Source of the DNA: Octopus sinensis
Lineage: Eukaryota
Length of the DNA stretch: 32,174 bases
Direction of reading: 5' to 3'
NCBI RefSeq assembly: GCF_006345805.1
Contig: NW_021829603.1
Coordinates: forward strand, 1 to 32,174
The stretch's first letter is position 1, and every line of letters begins with the position of its first letter. The notes beneath the pieces are model-generated. The model was not told the DNA's origin, did no database searches, and worked only from the letters and a program-made list of their open reading frames with translations. The position numbers and the translations under genes are program-made. This document shows positions 12,109 to 22,209 of the stretch, in pieces.

Positions 12109-12456
12109 GATGGTGGATAAGATGCACCACATGTGCTGTAGAGTTGATGGTGTGGTGTCCCCATAAGCCATGAATAGTCAAGAAGGAAGCTAAAAAAGGA
12201 AAGATATATACAATCCTCTTAAGTACGAAATAGCCAGGCTTTGGAAAATGAAGAAGGGGAAGACAGTGCCAATAATTTTTGGTTCCTTGGGGACAGTATC
12301 AGAAGGCATCAAGGGGAATATAAAGGAAATTGGAATAAAGTGTCCAGTAGAACTGTAACAAAATAAATTAAGTACCAGTGAAATACTGGGGTCGATATAA
12401 TCAAATTTGAAGCCTTGTGCCCCCAGTAGAAAGAATTATTATTTATTCCTTCACAG

Positions 12457-12850
12457 TTTTTTTTTTTTTTTTGTAGCTCTTGGCGTCCTGTATAGGGAGC
12501 AGGCTTCCTGCCTGCAGCCTACAGTACCATGCTACCCATTCTCTTCAGCTATCTGATCCTTCCCTGATTATTCTGGCCGTGCCAAGGGGGCAAACATTTT
12601 GTAACAGTTCTACTGGGCACTCTATTCCAATTTCCTTTATATTCCCCTTGATGCCTTCTGATACTGTCCCCAAGGAACCAAAAATTATTGGCACTATCTT
12701 CCCCTTCTTCATTTTCCAAAGCCTGGCTATTTCGTACTTAAGAGGATTGTATATATCTTTCCTTTTTTAGCTTCCTTCTTGACTATTCATGGCTTATGGG
12801 GACACACACCATCAACTCTACAGCACATGTGGTGCATCTTATCCACCATC
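12457..12850 (-). mobile_element. Inverted copy of the R4/Dong LINE 3' end with poly(A)
   Basis: Reverse complement of ~13806-14200; T16 at 12457-12472. Confidence 0.85.
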
Positions 12851-13251
12851 TGTTTCTCTATTACCCACAAGGGGCTAAACAAGGACAGACAAACGGATTA
12901 AGTCGATTACATCGACTCCAGTGCGTAACTGGTATTTAATTTATCGACCTCGAAAGGATGAAAGGCAAAGTCGACCTCGGCGGAATTTGAACACAGAACG
13001 TAACGGCAGACGAAATACCTATTTCTTTATTACCCACATGAGGCTAAACATAGAGGGGAAAAACAAGGACAGACATAGGTATTAGTCGATTAGATCGACC
13101 CCAGTGCGTAACTGGTACTTAATTTATCGACCCCGAAAGGATGAAAGGCAAAGTCGACCTCGGTGGAATTTGAACTCAGAACGTAACGGCAGACGAAATA
13201 CTGCAAAGCATTTCGTCCAGCGTGCTAACGTTTCTGCCAGCTCGCCGCCTT
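12851..13251 (-). mobile_element. SINE family A dimer at the junction of the inverted and direct duplications
   Basis: 12851-13013 carries the diagnostic variants of the 5S-linked SINE; 12994-13251 is identical to 11298-11555. Confidence 0.85.
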
Positions 13252-13465
13252 AGACTTGCTCAAAACCACCACATGTGACGACGCGGTGAGGTAGCGAAAG
13301 TGCTACACTGGAAACTGCGAAATGTGGGGTCTAGATACGGGGCAGACGTGGGATGAACTGAAACAGGAAAAAGTGGTGGAGCCAAACACTTTGCAAACTC
13401 CCCTGGCATTTCCGAATCCAAATAGATCAGGTGCATAACAGACTGGATGTAGTGATGGTGGATAA

Positions 13466-13586
13466 GCTTACGGTCATATCACGTTGAAAGCACCGGTTCT
13501 CGTCCGATCACCCAAGTTAGGCAACATCGAACCTAGCTAGTACTTAGATGGGGGACTGCTTGGGAAACCTAGGTGCTGTAAGCATT
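13466..13586 (+). rRNA. 5S rRNA: Second copy of the 5S rRNA retro-pseudogene (part of the local duplication)
   Basis: Same sequence as 11770-11890, again followed by SINE A. Confidence 0.9.
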
Positions 13587-13805
13587 GAAGGCGGCGAGCT
13601 GGCAGAAACGTTAGCACGCCGGGCGAAATGCGTAGACGTATGTCGTCTGCCGTTACGTTCTGTGTTCAAATTCCGCCGAGGTCGACTTTGCCTTTCATCC
13701 TTTCGAGGTCGATAAATTAAATACCAGTTACGCACTGGAGTCGATGTAATCGACTTAATCCGTTTGTCTGTCCTTGTTTAGCCCCTTGTGGGTAATAGAG
13801 AAACA
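13587..13805 (+). mobile_element. SINE family A monomer fused to the second 5S copy
   Basis: Duplicate of 11891-12108; TSD at 13454-13466 / 13806-13818. Confidence 0.9.
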
Positions 13806-14547
13806 GATGGTGGATAAGATGCACCACATGTGCTGTAGAGTTGATGGTGTGTGTCCCCATAAGCCATGAATAGTCAAGAAGGAAGCTAAAAAAAGGAAAG
13901 ATATATACAATCCTCTTAAGTACGAAATAGCCAGGCTTTGGAAAATGAAGAAGGGGAAGACAGTGCCAATAATTTTTGGTTCCTTGGGGACAGTATCAGA
14001 AGGCATCAAGGGGAATATAAAGGAAATTGGAATAGAGTGCCCAGTAGAACTGTTACAAAATGTTTGCCCCCTTGGCACGGCCAGAATAATCAGGGAAGGA
14101 TCAGATAGCTGAAGAGAATGGGTAGCATGGTACTGTAGGCTGCAGGCAGGAAGCCTGCTCCCTATACAGGACGCCAAGAGCTACAAAAAAAAAAAAAAAA
14201 CTGTGAAGGAATAAATAATAATTCTTTCTACTGGGGGCACAAGGCTTCAAATTTGATTATATCGACCCCAGTATTTCACTGGTACTTAATTTATTTTGTT
14301 ACAGTTCTACTGGACACTTTATTCCAATTTCCTTTATATTCCCCTTGATGCCTTCTGATACTGTCCCCAAGGAACCAAAAATTATTGGCACTGTCTTCCC
14401 CTTCTTCATTTTCCAAAGCCTGGCTATTTCGTACTTAAGAGGATTGTATATATCTTTCTTTTTTTAGCTTCCTTCTTGACTATTCATGGCTTATGGGGAC
14501 ACACACCATCAACTCTACAGCACATGTGGTGCATCTTATCCACCATC

Positions 14548-14780
14548 TGTTTCTCTATTACCCACAAGGGGCTAAACACAGAGGGGACAAACAAGGACAG
14601 ACAAACGGATTAAGTCGATTATATCGACCCCAGTGCGTAACTGGTACTTAATTTATTGATCCCGAAAGAATGAAAGGCAAAGTGGACCTCGGCGGAATTT
14701 GAACTCAGAGCGCTGAGACGGATGAAATGTTGTTCAGCGTTTTGTCCGGTGTGGTAACGGTTCTGCCAGCTCACCGCCTT
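14548..14780 (-). mobile_element. SINE family A monomer (variant head)
   Basis: Tail TGTTTCTCTATTACCCACAAG, B-box complement GGAATTTGAACTC, head complement CTGCCAGCTCACCGCCTT. Confidence 0.85.
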
Positions 14781-15258
14781 ATGGCGACATAAATACGATG
14801 CTGGGAAGTTAAAGAATGTAAAACAGAATAATTGTTTCAGATCAGAAAGGAGGACATTTTGTCATTGATACCAAGAGGAAATGCTGCCATTGTTTGTGCC
14901 AAGCAAAACCACTTAGCAATCCCAGTTGAGCCCTTCACTCACGTTGATCGGATATACGAAACAGTTTCAAGCAATTGACCGATAATTTAGGGTATCGGAT
15001 GGAGGCATAAGTGGTTGAGCAGCTAAAAGATTATGCAAGAGATTAAATCCGAAGAGTTACTTGGAGCAGCCGTCAGAGAGGTAAGACGTGTTTTTGTTCG
15101 CTTCTTTTAAGTTGTCATAATGTTGATTTTGAAGACTGGAGCAAAAGACAAAGTCAGTATGGTATTGACTGGTAATCAAAGAGATCGATAATTAGTCATT
15201 TCAAATTGCAATTTGTGTTTATAGCATCGTTTCTGATTCTTCATTACTTCTTTAGTTT

Positions 15259-16019
15259 GTCCCCTCTATGTTTAGCCCCTTGTGGGTAGTAAAGAAATAG
15301 GTATTTCGTCTGCCGTTATGTTCTGAGTTCAAATTCCGCCGAGGTCGACTTTGCCTTTCATCCTTTCGAGGTCGATTAAATAAGTACCAGTAAAGCACTG
15401 GGGTCGATGTAATCGACTTAATCCGTTTGTCTGTCCTTGTTTGTCCCCTCTGTGTTTAGCCCCTTGTGGGTAGTAAAGAAACATGTATTTCGTCTGCTGT
15501 TATGTTCTGAGTTCAAATTCCGCCGAGGTCGACTTTGCCTTTCATCCCTTCGAGGTCGATTAAATAAGTACCAGTTATGCATTGGGGTCGATGTAATCGA
15601 CTTAATCCGTTTGTCTGTCCTTGTTTGTCCCCTCTGTATGTAGCCCCTTGTGGGTAGTAAAGAAATAGGTATTTTGTATGCTGTTATGTTCTGAGTTCAA
15701 ATTCCGCCGAGGTCGACTTTGCCTTTCATCCTTTCGAGGTCGATTAAATAAGTACCAGTTATGCACTGGGATCGATGTAATCGACTTAATCCGTTTGTCT
15801 GTCCTTGTTTGTCCCTTCTATGTGTAGCCCCTTGTGGGTAGTAAAGAAATAGGTATTTCATCTGTCTTCATGCTGAGTTCAAATACTGCCGAAGTCGGCT
15901 TTGCCTTTTATTCTTTCAGGGTCGATAAACCAAGTACCAGTTGCGTACGGGGGTCGATCTAATTGACAGGTCCCCTCCCCACAAAATCCAGGCCTTGTGC
16001 CTAGAGTAGAGAGGATTAT
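15259..16019 (+). mobile_element. 5'-truncated, headless SINE A multimer (partial tail, three units, one variant-tail unit) with 11-bp TSD
   Basis: Units restart at 15301, 15485, 15669 and 15853. TTCTTTAGTTT at 15248-15258 and 16020-16030. Confidence 0.85.
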
Positions 16020-16285
16020 TTCTTTAGTTTAATTGTAAGGCTTAGCACTTTTTTTTAGTTTAAATCTGTGTCGTTTATTTTATTAAATAATTGTTTTATA
16101 TATAAGTGCAAGCATTGCTATGTGATAATAAGGTTGCTTCTAAACTACATGGTTCTGGGTTCAGTGCAAGAACCGTTTAATATTTGCAATTTTAATAATG
16201 AAGTCTGCTTGGTAATGTGGTATATACAAGGTTAGAACAACATGAATCTTCTGTTTACAAACACTAAATTCAGTGAAAAGGAATA

Positions 16286-16678
16286 TCTTTATATATAAAA
16301 GTCAAGCTGTGTGTCTGTTTCCTACGATTTAGATTCCTAACTACTCCCACATTTTTCGGTGCAGTGTAACCAAAACCGGGTATCTTATAGTCGTCATTCA
16401 TATCGAGCCCTTCTGGGTATTAACGCGCGTCTACGATGAGTCTACGATTTTAAAAAAATACCATCATTTTTTCCCATTTTTAATGCATTTTTTTTGCTAT
16501 TATATAAGGGAAGTAACTCTTTAAAAATGTATTATTAAATCTCAGAACGTAAAAAGCTACAGTAACACCCCGCCTTTGTGGTTAGCCATATTGAGATGGC
16601 TATTATACTTTACATCTCTAAAAATGCTTATATAGTTATTTCCCTACAAACCCGAGCAACGCCGGGCGATACTGCTAG
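16286..16678 (+). mobile_element. Non-autonomous Helitron
   Basis: A|TC 5' end (TCTTTATATATAAAAGT), subterminal hairpin CCCGAGCAACGCCGGG (16651-16666), CTAG|T 3' end, no TSD. Same ends as 27449-27801. Confidence 0.85.
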
Positions 16679-16734
16679 TATTTTACAAAAGAGAAACCAA
16701 AAAATAACCAAAGAAAGGAGGAAGAACATTACAT

Positions 16735-17160
16735 CAATTCAACACCAAGTGCCTCAGTCAGTCGCACACCTCAAGGTTCAACAGAACCCACTGAAGCAAG
16801 CCAACTCGCTTGCATCATTACTGTGGGTGATGTTGAGGCTAAGGATAAGGTGGCCCAACCCACCTCCAAACATCTCAAACGCCACAGGCTGGAAAAGATA
16901 GTTCACTGTCAGGTCCTGATAGTTCAGGGTTTTGTTCTGATCGGGAACGGAAGCTGTGACCCTGTCATTTACCACAGCATCCAAGATGTAGGAGGGAGCA
17001 AAAGAGTCACTTACTGTGGAGACCCAGATGAGGCACTTACCTCTTACCCAGGGACAGAGAATAAGACCATCCAGTTTCTTCTCGTCATTTCTGGATAATC
17101 CCACTGACCCCAGAACTGAGGGAAATATTAATTCGAGCCAGGACCCGCTTAATGATTAAC
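16735..17160 (-). mobile_element. CRE-like RLE non-LTR retrotransposon endonuclease fragment
   Basis: GLSRNDEKKLDGLILCPWVRGKCLIWVSTVSDSFAPSY...YQDLTVNYLFQPVAFEMFGG resembles the recalled GLSRxDGKRPDGLTLIPWxRGKxLxWD...FVPVAFETLG signature. Confidence 0.65.
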
Positions 17161-18343
17161 TATAGCTCCATGTAACGAGCGAAGCGACCAACATTTAGGT
17201 GGCAAGAGAGACCGTGAAGGGCAGTGGTGTCGAGGGGCCAGCCACAGGCTATATCTTGATTTCAAATGAACTATGTTATATTGATATAAAGGGTGCCCTT
17301 TTTAAGGGCTTAGGGTAACTTTTAACAAGAAATAAGGGTTTAGTAGGGAATAAATTAGAATGAGGGGAACGCATAGTTCTTTTAGGTTTGTGTGTTACCA
17401 ATTTAAATTGTGGCGCCATTTAAATAGTGGCGCCAAATTTGTGGCAGCAGGTAATATGACGTAATGTCGTATTGCCGAGGAAATATGATAGTCGTTTTTC
17501 CATTGGTTGAAATAACTGCTCATATAAGAATTCTGAAAATTAGTAAAAGAATATTTTTATGCGATTTCACTTCTTTAAAGTCAAGTTGAGAAGTTATAAA
17601 AACCCTGGATTTTGGGGGAAACTTTAGTGTTTGTGGGATGTTACTCAACTCCACGACACTCACTCCTTGAGATATTGGCTATTTTTTATGCCATGTCTAT
17701 GATAAAAATCGAACAAGACTTATTTGAATTGTTGTGAACTCTAGGGGTTAGTACGAAGCTTAGTGTGAATTTTAAGTCGTAATTCTCTACGACAAAATGA
17801 CTTTACTTTCCAATTGTACTATAAAATGCTACATGTACATAAACTAATGTAGTAATTATTTTCTCTTTCCTCATGTTCTTCAACTTGTTAATGAAATTTA
17901 TTTCTGCAATTATGAAACCGTATTTTTTTTATAGCGATTAAAAGAAGACGAATTTACTTATTTTTACATACATGCATGCATAAAATGTCTGTTAGCGTTT
18001 CAGAGTATATATTTCTCGCTATGGGTTTATGTAGCTGGAGTCAGGATTTATGTAAAACAAAATCCCTTATAAGTAAGTTATAAGTGACGGGTTTATCAAT
18101 ATATATCCCTACTTCGAAAGTAAAATATATTTATTATCTATTTCAAATAGGAAACATATAAAAATAGTGTTACACAAAAAGCAACCAAAACCACGATACC
18201 AATAATATTTGAAAGAAGAATTCCTTGTTTGTTTTGTAATTGAATGAAAAATATAGTATTTTATTTGTTATCATGAATAAATTCCCAGAATATGGGAAAG
18301 GAATTGAAATGAAGAACAACAAATGATATATATCCATGTACTC

Positions 18344-18520
18344 AGGTGGCGAGCTGTCGGAATCCTTCCTCTTTATGTTCTGAGTCCAACTTTCTTTGAT
18401 GTCAACTTTACCTTTCGCCTTTTCTGGGTTGAGGAATTAAGTACCAGTAGAGCACATGGGTCAAGGCAATCCATTTATCCTCGCTTCTAAAACTGCTGGC
18501 CTTGTACCAAAGTTTGAAAT
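18344..18520 (+). mobile_element. Degenerate SINE A-related copy (variant tail)
   Basis: GGTGGCGAGCTG head, AATTAAGTACCAG core, GGCCTTGTAC tail into (ATT)n. Confidence 0.6.
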
Positions 18521-18528
18521 TATTATTA

Positions 18529-18588
<60 letters not shown>

Positions 18589-18620
18589 CATTATTATTAT
18601 TAATATTATTATTATTATTA

Positions 18621-18906
18621 GTCTATGTTTGACTTTTGCTTTATGTTTGTACAAGTTGGCTCCAAGTCTCACCCAGAGACCTCAAGAGACAACAGGTTGG
18701 AAGTTCACGTTGTTGTTATGCCTAGTGTGCCATATATTTGGGGGTTTTTTTTGGTGTTGTACTAGTGAATGTCTAATACATAGTTTAAAAAAAAAAGTTT
18801 GTTTTAAACCTTGGGATTACATAGAGAGTATTTTACGTAGGATATGAGCAATTCCCATGAGCACTATCTTTTGAATTTCTGCCATTTTGGGGTTTCCTGG
18901 TATCTG

Positions 18907-18907
<1 letters not shown>
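18621..18907 (-). mobile_element. 5'-truncated R4/Dong-like LINE 3' end embedded in (TAA)n
   Basis: Minus strand GNPKMAEIQKIVLMGIAHILRKILSM* plus 3' UTR; (ATT)n on both sides (18521-18620, 18908-19072). Confidence 0.7.
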
Positions 18908-18955
<48 letters not shown>

Positions 18956-18986
18956 CATCATCATCATTATTACTATTATTATTATT

Positions 18987-19072
<86 letters not shown>

Positions 19073-19074
<2 letters not shown>

Positions 19075-19289
19075 AGAGGCGAGCTGGCAGAATCGTTAGC
19101 ACGATGGGCAAAATGCGTAGCGGCATTTCATCTGCCATTACGTTCTGAGTTCAAATACTGCTGGGGTCAGCTTTGCCTTTCATCCTTTCGGGGTTGATAA
19201 AATTAGTACCAGATACATACTGGGGTTGATGTAATCGACTTAATCTCCTCCTCCAAATTTGAGGCCTTGTACTTCCAGTTGAAAGGATC
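19073..19289 (+). mobile_element. SINE A-related monomer with variant tail
   Basis: GAGGCGAGCTGGCAGAATCGTTAG head, GAGTTCAAATAC B-box, AATTTGAGGCCTTGTAC...GAAAGGATC tail. Confidence 0.85.
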
Positions 19290-20398
19290 ATCATCATCAT
19301 CATCACCACCACCACCACTACCACCACCACCACCACCACCACCGCCACCACCGTCGTCATCATCATCATCACCACCACCACAACCACCACCACCACCACT
19401 ACCACCACCATCGTCATCATCATCATCACCACCACCTCAACAACCACCACTACCACCACCATCGTCATCATCATCACCACCACCACAACCACCACCACCA
19501 CCACTACCACCACCATCGTCATCATCATCATCACCACCACCTCAACAACCACCACTACCACCACCACCACCATCGTCATCATCATCACCACCACCACAAC
19601 CACCACCACCACCACTACCACCACCATCGTCATCATCATCATCACCACCACCTCAACAACCACCACTACCACCACCATCGTCATCATCATCACCACCACC
19701 ACAACCACCACCACCACCACTACCACCACCATCGTCATCATCATCATCACCACCACCTCAACAACCACCACTACCACCACCATCGTCATCATCATCACCA
19801 CCACCACACCCCACCACCACCACCACCACCACCACCACAACCACCACCATCGTCATCATCATCATCACCACCACCACAACCACCACCACCACCACTACCA
19901 CCACCATCGTCATCATCATCACCACCACCACAACCACCACCACCACCACTACCACCACCATCGTCATCATCATCACCACCACCACAACCACCACCACCAC
20001 CACTACCACCACCATCGTCATCATCATCACCACCACCACCACTACCACCACCATCGTCATCATCATCACACCACCACCACAACAACCACCACCACCATCG
20101 TCATCATCATCACCACCACCACCACTACCACCACCATCGTCATCATCACCACCACCACCACCACACCACCACCACCACACCACCACCATCGTCATCATCA
20201 TCATCACCACCACCACAACCACCACCACCACCACGTTCGTCATCATCATCATCACCACCACCACAACCACCACCACCACCACCACCACAACCACCACCAT
20301 CGTCATCATCATCATTACCACCACCACAACCACCACCACCACCACTACCACCACGTTCGTCATCATCATCACCACCACCACCACAACCACCACCATCG

Positions 20399-20430
<32 letters not shown>
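19287..20430. repeat. ~1.1-kb compound (CAC)/(CAT) minisatellite, ~20 units of ~40-65 bp
   Basis: Recurrent CATCGTCATC anchor; explains the poly-P/S/T/V ORFs in the track. Confidence 0.95.
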
Positions 20431-20970
20431 TGTTATAAAAAACTTTCGGATGGTTCTTAATTACCGATTGTTCTTTACTTGAAATCAGACAATAACAAAT
20501 CACCAAAGGTGTTAAGTGGTGCCTTTCTCCCGTGACTCAAAGAGACCAACACTCTCCTTAGAATGTGAGCTATACCCAACAATGCTGACTTCTGGATCAC
20601 CTCGAGCCTGACAGTAGCCCCAATATTCTTAATATGTTTTTCAAAGCCCTTGAAAACTGCCCCTAATGCTCTAATTACCCCCTGTATCACCATTACTTTC
20701 CTTATGCCCCATAATTTTCCTATCTCATCTCCACAGTAGCTAGTATTTCTCACTCTTTTCTGTTTCCTTACATTTCACCCTTTAATCGCCTGCTATTGCT
20801 ACATCGATATCTTTGCTTCTTTTTCATCTTTATGGATGAGCACAATATCTAGTCGTCTCGCCTCAATGACTTGGTCGCAATGCATATTAAAATCCCAGAG
20901 TATTTTGTAATGTTCGTTTTCTATTACCCCCTCTAACTTGTGTTCATACCATTGTTCGGCTCTCTCGAGG
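20431..20970 (-). mobile_element. Degraded R4/Dong-like LINE 3' end
   Basis: ERAEQWYEHKLEGVIENEHYKILWDFNMHCDQVIEARRLDIVLIHKDEKRSKDIDVAIAGD ... IQKSALLGIAHILRRVL. Confidence 0.8.
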
Positions 20971-21000
20971 TTGTTGTTGTTGTTGTTATTATTATTATTA

Positions 21001-21045
<45 letters not shown>

Positions 21046-21599
21046 GAGTGAGAGAGCAGTGCATGCCATCAAAGTGACACTGGGGTAAAATATACGAAGC
21101 CTAGTATACCCATCATGACTACCCGTCTGATAAGGGTACACCAGGCACATGCATCACAACCATATGTGCGCGACATGGTGATCCCATATCAAGATAAACA
21201 GCGCATGACCTTGCAGGTGGGGCCTAGTTAGAATTTTCTTTTGGTCGAATAATCCATCCCGCTCAAAAGGTCCCTGAATAAGGATTGTTTAAGGCTGTTG
21301 AACGAACCACCCATGTTTCCAAAAGTGAAATATCCAAACCTCTAAGAATTCCTTTCAACACATGGCTATGATGCTCCCCCACTACTTCTGCTTGTGATCA
21401 GAGATGCACATATCGTCAGCCACTAAGGGACATGCTCAACTGGTTATGGTCAAACAACTGACAAGCAAATCTGTGGTATTGAGCAGAATATTTGCTGTAG
21501 CCCATCTTTTATACCAAGACAAAACAATGTACATGATAACACTTCCAATCAGTTAAGATCAGAAGCCATGAGAGCCACTGCCTGGTACTGCATCAGGAC

Positions 21600-21600
<1 letters not shown>
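21046..21600. mobile_element. Unclassified ~555-bp non-coding element bounded by (ATT)n on both sides
   Basis: Sharp transitions from and to (ATT)n at 21045/21046 and 21600/21601; no long ORF; only one copy in the window. Confidence 0.4.
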
Positions 21601-21652
<52 letters not shown>

Positions 21653-21654
21653 TA

Positions 21655-21708
<54 letters not shown>

Positions 21709-21724
21709 TATTATTATTATTATT

Positions 21725-22134
21725 CAGTAGTTTTATTTTTATAGCGTGCTTTCACTTCACTACCGAGCGCAGCTCTGTGTGCCTTGGGTATGTGCTGTGA
21801 TTTGTTGTGATGCTCTGATGGTTATTGTATGGAAAGTGTTCTGCGTAGGATGTGTGCAGTGCCTAGTAGTGCAATTTTCTGTATGTTATATGTGTTTGTA
21901 AGTCCTGGTGTTTTTGTTATGTATTTGTCTGAATATTTTTTTATCATGCCTAATGCACCTACTATGATAGGAATTGTTTCTGTTTTCAGATTCCACATTC
22001 TGGTTACCTCTATTTCCAGGTCTTTGTATTTTGAGAGTTTCTCCATTTCTTTTAGAGACACGTTGTTATCAGCCGGTATTGATACATCAATTAGAAAGCA
22101 TTTATTTTTCTTCATGATCTCTGACAACTATATC

Positions 22135-22135
<1 letters not shown>
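21725..22135 (-). mobile_element. 5'-truncated R4/Dong-like LINE 3' end embedded in (TAA)n
   Basis: KCFLIDVSIPADNNVSLKEMEKLSKYKDLEIEVTRMWNLKTETIPIIVGALG...IQKIALLGTAHILRRTLSIQ* plus 3' UTR; (ATT)n at 21601-21724 and 22136-22209. Confidence 0.85.

Positions 22136-22209
<74 letters not shown>

Larger units (their letters stand above)
10177..12363 (+). mobile_element. Degraded R4/Dong-clade (RLE) non-LTR retrotransposon, 3' half, interrupted by two insertions
   Basis: Translates across shifts to AVVRYGAGILKWTEEELNVLDKKTRKRLMMHGVHHPCADTDSIYMKRENGGKGLISVEDL (RT C-terminus/thumb), CRICNRGDETIAHIANEC (CCHC knuckle) and LDVVMVDK (PD-type endonuclease motif). Confidence 0.8.
13252..14200 (+). mobile_element. 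Duplicate of the R4/Dong LINE segment, running colinearly to its 3' end and poly(A)
   Basis: Direct copy of 11556-12363 (offset ~1696), then GIECPVELLQNVCPLGTARIIREGSDS* (resembles the R4-type ELLQKAALLGTARILR terminus) and A16 at 14185-14200. Confidence 0.8.

Noticed and set aside
12480-12770. ORFs MASCIGSRLPACSLQY... (12480 +, 13755 -)
   Set aside because: Antisense frame of the R4/Dong LINE 3' end, duplicated by the inversion.
14800-15250. Non-repetitive stretch with a donor-like GAG|GTAAGA near 15080
   Set aside because: No convincing acceptor, ORF or motif.
15259-16019. Regular ~183-bp tandem units resembling a CRISPR array or a ribozyme-containing retrozyme array
   Set aside because: No unique spacers, no cas genes, eukaryotic context. 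No CUGANGA/GAAA core on either strand of the unit.
19151-20460. Long ORFs (397, 229, 223 aa) rich in P/S/T/V/M
   Set aside because: Translations of the CAC/CAT minisatellite; no splice or domain context.
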